This document shows, one piece after another, positions 39,797 through 47,571 of a stretch of 64,000 nucleotides of DNA. Within the stretch, counting starts at the first letter, position 1. Every line of letters starts with the position of its first letter. The translations under genes were made by a program, and so were the position numbers. The stretch covers positions 64,001 through 128,000 of the IMG/VR virus record IMGVR_UViG_3300047557_002951; one strand, given 5' to 3'. Origin of the DNA: a virus. The notes beneath the pieces were generated by a model. The model saw only the letters and a list, made by a program, of their open reading frames with translations, did not search any database and was not told the origin of the DNA.

Positions 39797-41828
39797 TTAA
39801 CCGATGGTTGGAGCAGTAAGAGCAACAGGAGTTGTTTCTGCTGATGCCAAATCCAGAGGGAAGTTATGTGCGTTCCTCTCATGGAGCACTTCGAAACCAA
39901 GATTTGCTCGGTTAAGAATGTCTGCCCAAGTGTTAATCACATGACCTTGACTATCAAGAAGTGACTGATTAAAGTTAAAACCGTTACTCTGTTTCCTTAA
40001 ATTTACCATCTTTAAGGAGAGGACTATATCTTCATCCCAGTAGGATGTTGGGCGCTAGTGTCGTATTACATTCCACGCTTGGAAAACCGACTAGTCTCTG
40101 AACCTTTCCAAGAAGCGTCTTGGACTTGGCTGCTGATTACCCATTTATGGAGGGCTTCCAGCAATTCACCCAAAGTTTACCGTCAAATTGCTAGGACGGG
40201 ACCCCGACGATTGAGGTTAAATGCCATCGTAGAAACACCAAGAGCAGCGAACCAGATTCCAACTACAGGCCATGCAGCAAGGAAGAAGTGTAGACTGCGT
40301 GAGTTATTAAAGGAAGCATATTGGAAAATAAGGCGTCCGAAATAACCATGAGCAGCAACGATGTTATAAGTCTCTTCTTCTTGGCCGAACTTGTAACCAT
40401 AATTCTGTGACTCTTGCTCAGTTGTTTCACGAACCAAAGAAGAAGTCACGAGCGATCCATGCATTGCTGATGCGAGAGAACCACCGAAGACACCAGCCAC
40501 ACCAAGCATGTGGAACGGATGCATAAGAATGTTGTGCTCTGCTTGGAATACAAGCATGTAGTTGAAAGTACCAGAGATACCCAGAGGCATCGCATCAGAG
40601 AAAGAACCTTGACCGAAAGGATAGACCAGGAATACAGCAGAAGCAGCAGCAACAGGAGCACTGTAAGCAACGCAGATCCAAGGACGCATACCTAGACGGT
40701 ATGAAAGTTCCCATTCACGACCCATATAAGCATAAATGCCGATAAGGAAGTGGAACACTACAAGTTGGAAAGGACCACCATTATAGAGCCACTCATCTAG
40801 AGAAGCAGCTTCCCAGATGGGGTAAAAGTGCAGTCCAATAGCATTGGACGAAGGAACAACAGCACCAGAGATGATGTTGTTTCCGTACATTAAAGAACCA
40901 GCAACTGGTTCACGAATCCCGTCTCTTATCCCAATAAAACAGTCATATCTTGCGACTTAGACCGTTTCAGTTGACCTATTTGATTTGCTCGTTTTGCGTT
41001 TTCTACTCTTCCACCATTTTCTACCCACTCTTTCCACTCATTAATATAAGAAATACATTCTTTAATTCTTTCACTTCTTCTATTTCCCATATGGGGAAGT
41101 ATTTTTTCCAAAATGAAAAGAACTTTTTCTCTATTTCCTATATGAAGGACATAAACTGGTTTTCCTTTGAGTGTTTTTCTATTAGGTACAAAATAGGGTT
41201 TATCTACAAAATTACTTAGTTTAGCAACCACATCTTCATCAGTCATAACAAGACGAATGTATGGTGCTGGCGGTGCTTTAGAAAAGTCATAACGGTCTTT
41301 AGAACGATTATCTATTCCAAAGTATCCTTCACCTTCTAAAATTCCTGCAATCCAAGTAATTTGTGATTCTGTTAAATCAAGCATTTTGACTTCGCATCTA
41401 CTGTTATATTTATACAGCAAGTGCGAATAAAAGTCAACTGTGAGATTTGGACTATATCTTCACCCTTTAAATTTTTTAAAGGTGCTGGGCACTCTAGCCT
41501 GTTATTAAGGGGACTAAACCCCTCAGGTAGTCTCTGAACCTTCCTCAAGTGTACTTGAGGCTTGGCTGCTGATTGCCTTTCGGTTTCCAGCAATTCACCC
41601 AGTTTTAACATCATCCTTACGGATGAAGGACACAGATTAAAGCAGTATGTCTACGGGAGGTGCTGCAATAAATGCAACAATAAAACAGATAGTTGCCGCA
41701 AGAAGGCAAGGAATCATAAGAACTCCGAACCAACCAACATACAACCTATTATCGGTTGAAGTTACCCAGGAACAGAATTGTTCCCAGAGGTTTTCGCCAG
41801 AACGGCGTGAAGCAATTGAAGCAGTCAT
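39797..41828 (-). CDS. psbA: Photosystem II D1 protein in three exons: 41647-41828, 40214-40924, 39797-39986 (1083 nt, 360 aa)
   Basis: Joining exons restores ...PPVD-I-DGIREP... and ...[12 protein letters not shown]...; ends [23 protein letters not shown]. Confidence 0.97.
39987..40213 (-). mobile_element. Group I intron 2 in psbA (227 nt, no ORF)
   Basis: P/Q/R/S elements AATTGCTGGAAG, AATCAGCAG, GTTCAGAGACTA, AAGATATAGTCC; exon ends in U (ACCU/GGGU P1); intron ends in G. Confidence 0.92.
40925..41646 (-). mobile_element. Group I intron 1 in psbA (722 nt) carrying a homing endonuclease
   Basis: P/Q/R/S elements AATTGCTGGAAA, AATCAGCAG, GTTCAGAGACTA, AAGATATAGTCC; P1 GACAU/GUGUC with U-G at splice site; terminal G at 40925. 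Confidence 0.93.
40926..41384 (-). CDS. Intron-encoded single-motif LAGLIDADG endonuclease
   Basis: [12 protein letters not shown] motif; TATAAATA late promoter at 41407-14 supports ATG at 41384. Confidence 0.85.
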   Translation of the reverse strand: MLDLTESQITWIAGILEGEGYFGIDNRSKDRYDFSKAPPAPYIRLVMTDEDVVAKLSNFVDKPYFVPNRKTLKGKPVYVLHIGNREKVLFILEKILPHMGNRRSERIKECISYINEWKEWVENGGRVENAKRANQIGQLKRSKSQDMTVLLG

Positions 41829-41844
41829 TTTTCGTTAAAGGGTA

Positions 41845-41953
41845 AGTAAAAAGTCCAGGGGGAACTGGATGGTTACAGTATATCCCACACCACCCTCCAG
41901 TGTGGGTATGAGAGACGGATTTTACTTGCCCATTAGTCTCGGTAGGGCAAGAT
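41845..41953 (-). ncRNA. PhotoRC-II-like structured RNA in psbA leader
   Basis: CUUGCCC..GAGAC..GGGCAAG hairpin with loop GAGAC complementary to downstream GUCUC; CCCACAC..GAGGG..GUGUGGG hairpin; directly 5' of phage psbA. Confidence 0.7.
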
Positions 41954-42026
41954 AAAAAGAAAAGTATTGTATTTTCAATGTTCGGTGATGCAGTTTGTCA
42001 GGAAACCCTGACTTCCCTCACCGACT

Positions 42027-42060
42027 TATTTATAGTACCACGAAATCTCTGGGCTGTCAA
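42027..42060 (-). promoter_or_regulatory. Overlapping sigma70 and T4-type late promoters for psbA
   Basis: TTGACA-17-TACTAT fused with TATAAATA. Confidence 0.75.
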
Positions 42061-42079
42061 CCCCCCCCCCCTCCTAAGA

Positions 42080-43510
42080 TCAATAAATCTCCCTCCACTG
42101 AAGAGCAGCAGCAACAGAAGCAACTGCGTTACCTGTGGTAGTGATAGTTCTTACTACAAGTACATAAATTTCAGAATCTGTGGAATTTATGTTTTGAACA
42201 ATAATATTTTTCTTTGCCTGACTTAATGTTCCAGAAGAAACTGGTGAAAGTGAGTTTTGTGATGATCCCGAAGGAACATAACCTGATGCAAAGACATCAC
42301 CATTAAAATAAGTTGTTGCATCAATACAGTATTCAACACCACTATTAGCAGAAGCAGAAGTCCAAGTCAAAGTTCCTGCATTACTCAAATAAGCAGAACT
42401 TGGAAGTTTTATAACTTTATAAACAATACTATTTGTTTCGCAGAATAATGAAATATTATTCAATTTAACTGATATTCTATTTGGATATTCCTGAAAGGTA
42501 TTTTTAAGACGAATTGCAACCAAAGGAAGTTCTGTTCCTGCGGGTGTTGGTGTAGTTCTTGTGGTAAGCATTGTATAAGCAAAATCAATACCACTTTCTA
42601 CATATCCACCTTCAGACATCACAGATGCACAAATCTGGTCAAATGATGCTCCAATACCAACACCAGTGTTTCTAATTTCACAACGAACTGGTAGGTTTGG
42701 ATTTGCAATATAAACTGTTGGACTATTGTTAGAATGTAAAAATTCGTGTGCTGTAATAAGTTGCCCATCGTGAGCAAAACCACAACGAACTCTACCAACA
42801 CCTAACCATTGGAAATCTATAAATGTAAGTTGAGTTTTTGTAATATCTAAATTAAACCCAGATGCTCCTGTTCCATCACATTTATCTCTATTCCATTGTG
42901 ATTGTGGAATTCTAGTTTCTGTCGCAATACCACTTACAAAAGATCTAATTACCCAGTTATGAGTTCCAATACCAGGATTTATTCCATCAGAAGTATTAAG
43001 TCCAACCTGCTCAAAATAAATTCCATCCCTATCATCAAAGTATCCAGTTCTTTTAGTAGCATTCTGCTGAGGTGCATAAAAGTTAAAAGAACTAAAAATT
43101 AGTTGTCCTTTTCCTGGTTGATAATGATGATAAAACTTTGTTTGATGAAAAGAAAATGCAGTAGATCCAATACCAGTCTGCAATCTTGCACACGCTTGGT
43201 TTTGTAAAAATGTTACGGTTGAACCTGCTCCTGAAACACTATCTAAAAAGTTTGGATCTATAGCATAAAGATGCTTATAGTCCCCAAGAGTAAAAGGTTC
43301 AGAAACTCTATTTCTACCAAATGCATCAACTGCATTTGTATCCGGATTAATAGTTATAAGGGTTTCTGATGAAATGCCAACAGTTCCAGTAACTGGAAAT
43401 GGGTTATCGAGTGTAACGACTTCACCATTTTTATTGGCGATCATATTCACTTCAAAAAGACTTCTTTCTTGATTTAAGAAATCTTGATTAACTTTATTAA
43501 ATTGTGCCAT
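42080..43510 (-). CDS. Virion structural protein
   Basis: DAFGR.RVSEP...Y..YQPGK...IDFQWLGVG.VR.GF...LP.R.EI...W.E family common in cyanophages. Confidence 0.75.
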   Translation of the reverse strand: MAQFNKVNQDFLNQERSLFEVNMIANKNGEVVTLDNPFPVTGTVGISSETLITINPDTNAVDAFGRNRVSEPFTLGDYKHLYAIDPNFLDSVSGAGSTVTFLQNQACARLQTGIGSTAFSFHQTKFYHHYQPGKGQLIFSSFNFYAPQQNATKRTGYFDDRDGIYFEQVGLNTSDGINPGIGTHNWVIRSFVSGIATETRIPQSQWNRDKCDGTGASGFNLDITKTQLTFIDFQWLGVGRVRCGFAHDGQLITAHEFLHSNNSPTVYIANPNLPVRCEIRNTGVGIGASFDQICASVMSEGGYVESGIDFAYTMLTTRTTPTPAGTELPLVAIRLKNTFQEYPNRISVKLNNISLFCETNSIVYKVIKLPSSAYLSNAGTLTWTSASANSGVEYCIDATTYFNGDVFASGYVPSGSSQNSLSPVSSGTLSQAKKNIIVQNINSTDSEIYVLVVRTITTTGNAVASVAAALQWREIY

Positions 43511-43518
43511 TAGTCACC

Positions 43519-43848
43519 TCAAATCCACTCTAATTTCGATGGATGATATCTTTTTACTTCCGATACTTTATAAGAATTTTGAGTCGGTATTGCAGGATAA
43601 ATGTTATGAACTATTGCACCAGGATATTCATTCTGAATTTGTTCACCTAGCTTTTCTCTAGTCGGAAGACTATTAGAATCCGACATCAATTCAATTCTAT
43701 AAAGATTTCCTTCCCACATAAAGTCAGCATAAAACTGCTCACCAACAGAAGACGGTGAAGAATCAGATCCATTAACAATTAATGTTCCAATTGAAGCATT
43801 ACCTGAAATGTTGACACCCTCAGATAAAAATTGTTTATAAGTCTTCAT
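43519..43848 (-). CDS. Hypothetical protein (MKTYKQFLSE N-terminus, possible head-internal protein)
   Basis: T4-like MK.F..F..E capsid-targeting-like N-terminus. Confidence 0.65.
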   Translation of the reverse strand: MKTYKQFLSEGVNISGNASIGTLIVNGSDSSPSSVGEQFYADFMWEGNLYRIELMSDSNSLPTREKLGEQIQNEYPGAIVHNIYPAIPTQNSYKVSEVKRYHPSKLEWI

Positions 43849-43864
43849 TTTTGTTAAGATTCTT

Positions 43865-44407
43865 ATGTCTTATTTATCATTGATTTTCATAAATAATCAA
43901 ATGACATTAAAAGGTACAATTGTGCCAAGAGAATTTAATACTCCGCATCGACAAGACTGGAACGCACCGATACATAATATCCTAAAAGCAATAGATAATC
44001 ATAATCAAGAATATTTTAAAACTCAAGATATATGGCATATAGAAAAAGCAAAAATACTTCGAGAATATGTGTCAGAACTCAAAACCTGGATTCATAAACA
44101 AGAAAATGAACAATAAAAAAAGAAAATGTTGGGATTTTGTAATGTCTTCATTTGCAAGATCTTATGGAGTCAAAAAAATCATGGCAGAAGAAAAATTTCA
44201 TGAGATTGCATTATTTTGGTGCGATGAAAACGAGATAGAAAAATATAAGACCCTAGAAGAATATGATAGATATTTTAGAGAACTTTATGAGAACTGGACA
44301 TGAATGATTTTCCTTGGGGCGTTAGTATAGGTCTTGGAATTGTACTTTTAGGAACATTATCATTTATTGTTTATATAATGCTTCTAGACAAGTTAGAAAA
44401 AAATTAA
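43865..44407 (+). CDS. Three small ORFs (to 44116; 44106-44303; 44300-44407 single TM)
   Basis: WNAPIHNILKAIDNH family; overlapping stops/starts; ATAAATA late-promoter-like site near 43889. Confidence 0.6.
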
Positions 44408-44748
44408 TGTACGAATACAAGATAAAAAAAGTAAATAAAATTATCGATGGTGATACTATAGATGTCGATATAGATTTGGGATTTAATATTACAATTTCCC
44501 AAAGAGTTCGTCTAGCTGGAATCAATGCACCAGAAACAAAAACTAAAGATTTGAAAGAAAAAGAAAATGGAATAAAATCTAAAGAATGGTTAGAAAATAA
44601 ATTAAACACAAAAGAACAACTAACCATAAAAACTGAAAAAGATGATAAGTATGGGAGAATACTTGGATGGATTTATATTGAGGAAAACCAAATTTCAATA
44701 AATAATCAGATGATAGAAGAAGGATACGCAATTTCTTATCTACCGTGA
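44407..44748 (+). CDS. Thermonuclease (SNase-like) family protein
   Basis: IIDGDTIDV.IDLGF.....RVRL.GINAPE...DKYGRILG...N..MI.EGYA. Confidence 0.88.
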   Translation: MYEYKIKKVNKIIDGDTIDVDIDLGFNITISQRVRLAGINAPETKTKDLKEKENGIKSKEWLENKLNTKEQLTIKTEKDDKYGRILGWIYIEENQISINNQMIEEGYAISYLP

Positions 44749-44808
44749 AAAATGCACTACTCATTGGATTGTTGGTCATAAGACTCATCACCAACGAAGG
44801 AATTTTCA

Positions 44809-45141
44809 ATGAAGGAAGAAGACCTCAACCAAGAAAACAATTCCCAGAAATCATTAGATTCATCCGAAGACCAGCCAAAAGAGGTAGGAAAAAAGCAAAG
44901 TTCATTATTGAATAAACTTATCTTTATTATCTGTTGTTCTGTGATTGGATTTGTTGGAATCAATTTTATTGCATGTAACTTTATGGTTCCTGGAACAATT
45001 AGTAGAGCAAATGTTCTTGGAGGATTAAAAAACCCTCCTCCTTTAGATTGCAAAGAATCTGAAAGAAGAGGGTATGAAACTTTATTAACTATTCTTACTA
45101 CAGTAATTGCATTAAGAACACGAGTTGAAGATAGTGATTAA
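44809..45141 (+). CDS. Small membrane protein (two hydrophobic segments)
   Basis: LIFIICCSVIGFVGINFIAC and LLTILTTVIAL. Confidence 0.65.
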   Translation: MKEEDLNQENNSQKSLDSSEDQPKEVGKKQSSLLNKLIFIICCSVIGFVGINFIACNFMVPGTISRANVLGGLKNPPPLDCKESERRGYETLLTILTTVIALRTRVEDSD

Positions 45142-45695
45142 ATAACCTCACAACATCTCTTATAATACTTCTCACGATCAGCAAGTCCATTTGCTGGATC
45201 TCTGCCATTAACTCTTGCTGATACCTGACGACAAGTAGCACCAGAATCACAAAGTTCATTCATCTTATTTGTCATCCACCAGAAACCAGAAATTGTGAAT
45301 GGATAATTCTCTGCAACATAATTTACTCCATTCATTACATTAGGATCTTTAATATAATTCGCAAACTGCTGATAATTATATCTCCCAGTTACCTGAATAA
45401 ATCCAGCGCCTTTATATCTTGGCCCATCACCATTTTGAGTGTTTCCAAGATCTTTTCTTCCTTCATAATCAGCGCCAGAAGCAAGTTCTTTCATCCAACG
45501 ACCACCATTACTCTCATGAGAACATTGAGCGAGAAAATGGCGAATTCTTACTTTTGTTGTAATGCTGAATGTAGTCAAACACTTATGAAGTTCCTGCACT
45601 TCCTTATCTTTGATTAAAGATTCTGCACAGTTCCAGATATAAGCAAGTTGTTTTTTTGTTGGTAAGGCACCACCTTGTGATGGTGCCTCTTCTAC
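45138..45695 (-). CDS. GH19 chitinase/endolysin domain (probably reached by -1 frameshift)
   Basis: HFLAQCSHES...EL..G..YEGR.DLGN...DG.RYKG.G.IQ.TGRYNY...VNG...NGL.DR; frame open back to the slippery site at 45695. Confidence 0.88.
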   Translation of the reverse strand, partial: VEEAPSQGGALPTKKQLAYIWNCAESLIKDKEVQELHKCLTTFSITTKVRIRHFLAQCSHESNGGRWMKELASGADYEGRKDLGNTQNGDGPRYKGAGFIQVTGRYNYQQFANYIKDPNVMNGVNYVAENYPFTISGFWWMTNKMNELCDSGATCRQVSARVNGRDPANGLADREKYYKRCCEVI

Positions 45696-45701
45696 TTTTT
45701 T
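45664..45701 (-). promoter_or_regulatory. Programmed -1 frameshift signal
   Basis: A_AAA_AAG immediately before UAG, then a 6-nt spacer and a 10-bp hairpin AGGCACCAUC-ACAA-GGUGGUGCCU. Confidence 0.8.
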
Positions 45702-46408
45702 ACTGGTTCAAAGATTCTGCCCCATCCATCATTGGGATGCTTTACTGTCCATCGTCTTTCTAGCATCCGTTTAGCATAAACAACTCTTTTCCCATTGGAT
45801 ACTGGACCAGAATACCCATCCAAAATTGAACCATATGGATCACTTACAATATAGTTTCCACTTTCGTTTTTCCCATGTACACAAATCATATGACCAGTTC
45901 CAGTAGGAGATAACTCTGGACCACGATGAAGAATTCCAATCACAACTGGACGACCAGCAGAAAGTTCTCGATCTAAATCATCAAATCCTAAATTATAATG
46001 AAACTTAGAGTCTAATCCATAAGACTTCAATACTCTCGTTTGAACATCATGATCTGTCGAATTCCCTTGTGCTAAAACTTTTCTAAGATAGGCATCATCA
46101 CCTTTTGTCCCTGATGGTAATGATCCTGGCTTCAAATACTCAAGACACATTGCACAAGCAGATGAATTGCAAGTAGAATCTGGTAGTTGATAGTTATCTG
46201 TTTGTGGATAGAATGGTACATCCAAAAGAATTCCTTTTAAGTCCTGTGAGATATTTTGTGATCTATAGATTCTTATCCAGTTAGATGTGTCATCTAATAA
46301 CTCTGGAACTTTTTCTGCCAATAGTCGTTCAAAATCATCTATTGCTGCACGATGCTTTGGATTCTTGTCGTCGTAGTACTTGAAAAAATTGTTTAAATCT
46401 ACTCTCAT
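45692..46408 (-). CDS. C39-like peptidase (lysin N-terminal part)
   Basis: LDVPFYPQTDN.....TCNSSACAM...GRPVVIGILH.G...GH......Y.VSDPYG. Confidence 0.82.
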   Translation of the reverse strand: MRVDLNNFFKYYDDKNPKHRAAIDDFERLLAEKVPELLDDTSNWIRIYRSQNISQDLKGILLDVPFYPQTDNYQLPDSTCNSSACAMCLEYLKPGSLPSGTKGDDAYLRKVLAQGNSTDHDVQTRVLKSYGLDSKFHYNLGFDDLDRELSAGRPVVIGILHRGPELSPTGTGHMICVHGKNESGNYIVSDPYGSILDGYSGPVSNGKRVVYAKRMLERRWTVKHPNDGWGRIFEPVKK

Positions 46409-46410
46409 TT

Positions 46411-46569
46411 TCAATACCTGAATTCTTCTAATCTATCTAGGAGTTCATTCAAATGTTTATGTGCCAGTGATTTGGGATCACTTGTATAATATGGTTCAGT
46501 TGAAACCTTATGTTTTTGCTTCAAAATTAAAACTTTAATCTCATCTTTCGTGATGTGATTTCTTGGCAT
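46411..46569 (-). CDS. Hypothetical protein (52 aa)
   Basis: Missed by ORF track: MPRNHITKDEIKVLILK...LAHKHLNELLDRLEEFRY. Confidence 0.6.
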   Translation of the reverse strand: MPRNHITKDEIKVLILKQKHKVSTEPYYTSDPKSLAHKHLNELLDRLEEFRY

Positions 46570-46574
46570 ATACA

Positions 46575-46607
46575 AAAAAACTCTACCACCTATTTAGTGG
46601 TAGAGTT
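46575..46607 (-). terminator. Terminator with late-promoter-like CTAAATA in its loop
   Basis: AAACTCTACCAC-TAAATAG-GTGGTAGAGTTT plus T-run. Confidence 0.7.
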
Positions 46608-46630
46608 TAAAATTTATAGTTTTTATGTTA

Positions 46631-46750
46631 TCAGAATACACCTGGAATTAATTGGCCAGTGGTGAGATAAGTGCCAACTGCAATTACAAATCCAAGCATT
46701 GCAAGTCGTCCGTTTAGCCTTTCGTTTGCTTCAGTCCATCCAAATTTCAT
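46631..46750 (-). CDS. hli: High-light inducible protein (39 aa)
   Basis: Missed by ORF track: MKFGWTEANERLNGRLAMLGFVIAVGTYLTTGQLIPGVF. Confidence 0.92.
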   Translation of the reverse strand: MKFGWTEANERLNGRLAMLGFVIAVGTYLTTGQLIPGVF

Positions 46751-46896
46751 TTTTGATTCCTCCGTGTTGTGTTTTGAATTACAATAAATTTATCTTTGGG
46801 TAAAGTGCCTGCAACACAAACTTTGAGTTCATCATCGTTAGTCCAGGCACCAGATTCGACAAGTTCTTGAAGTGCTACTCCAAGTTGTCCTAGCAT
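46747..46896 (-). CDS. Hypothetical protein (49 aa)
   Basis: MLGQLGVALQELVESGAWTNDDELKVCVAGTLPKDKFIVIQN...; overlaps hli start. Confidence 0.6.
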   Translation of the reverse strand: MLGQLGVALQELVESGAWTNDDELKVCVAGTLPKDKFIVIQNTTRRNQK

Positions 46897-46904
46897 ATCG
46901 GCAC

Positions 46905-47195
46905 TCACAGATTTTCTTCCTGTTCAGTGAGAATCACGCAATCACTAGTTGGATATGCCGTACAGGTAAGAATAAACCCATCAGCGAGTTGATCATCATC
47001 AAGAAAGGTTTGATCCTCATTATCCACTGTACCAGAAACAAGTTTACCAGTACAAGCAGAACAAGCACCAGCACGACAAGAAGAAGGCAGATCGATTCCT
47101 GCCTCTTCAGCAGCGTCTAGAATATATTGATCTTCAGGGCACTCAAAAGTACTCTCAGTGCCGTCAGGAGATTGTAGAGTAATAGTATAATTCAT
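46905..47195 (-). CDS. petF: Plant-type 2Fe-2S ferredoxin
   Basis: [24 protein letters not shown]...LTC.AYPTSD. Confidence 0.96.
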   Translation of the reverse strand: MNYTITLQSPDGTESTFECPEDQYILDAAEEAGIDLPSSCRAGACSACTGKLVSGTVDNEDQTFLDDDQLADGFILTCTAYPTSDCVILTEQEENL

Positions 47196-47281
47196 TCGTA
47201 AGTTTTTGATAGTTGATTTACAGAGTGTGCTAGCAGTACAAAGAATGCAATACTAGTTACGGTAAAGATAACTTCAGTCAT
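47192..47281 (-). CDS. Small single-TM protein (29 aa)
   Basis: [29 protein letters not shown]; overlaps both neighbours. Confidence 0.55.
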   Translation of the reverse strand: MTEVIFTVTSIAFFVLLAHSVNQLSKTYE

Positions 47282-47490
47282 CAAAAGATACCAAAGAAAA
47301 GTTTGCCAGTGAGAGCATAAGAAATGATACCAGAAACGATACCAATCATTGCCCAACGAGAATTCGCTTTTTCTGCCTTTACAGCATAAGGTTCAAAACC
47401 ATAACGCTCAATATCTTCTTTAGACATCCACATTGTTGGTTCTTTGGCAAACATATTCATTTGGCCAAATTCATTTTTTGTAACGGTCAT
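47281..47490 (-). CDS. hli: High-light inducible protein
   Basis: NEFGQMNMFAKEP...AEKANSRWAMIG. Confidence 0.88.
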   Translation of the reverse strand: MTVTKNEFGQMNMFAKEPTMWMSKEDIERYGFEPYAVKAEKANSRWAMIGIVSGIISYALTGKLFFGIF

Positions 47491-47517
47491 TTATTTTTTA
47501 TAAAGTTTTACAACAGA

Positions 47518-47546
47518 ATTATATAGGAAGAATGAAGGCTTGTCAA
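47518..47546 (-). promoter_or_regulatory. sigma70 promoter for hli-petF-hli
   Basis: TTGACA-17-TATAAT. Confidence 0.75.
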
Positions 47547-47571
47547 GCATCCCTTAAAGTTTTGTTTGAAT

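Noticed and set aside
40183-40890. psbA as a truncated or fragmented pseudogene (also 39797-40009 and 41637-41828)
   Set aside because: Fragments join in frame after removing two canonical group I introns
41372-41614. 80-aa ORF inside intron 1
   Set aside because: Overlies the ribozyme core; no protein features
42061-42071. Poly-C tract as a phase-variation site
   Set aside because: Intergenic and upstream of the -35 box rather than in the spacer; no evidence of length variation from one sequence
45692-45694. TAG stop-codon reassignment or readthrough joining the lysin halves
   Set aside because: The GH19 domain is in the -1 frame, not the same frame, and TAG ends other genes normally
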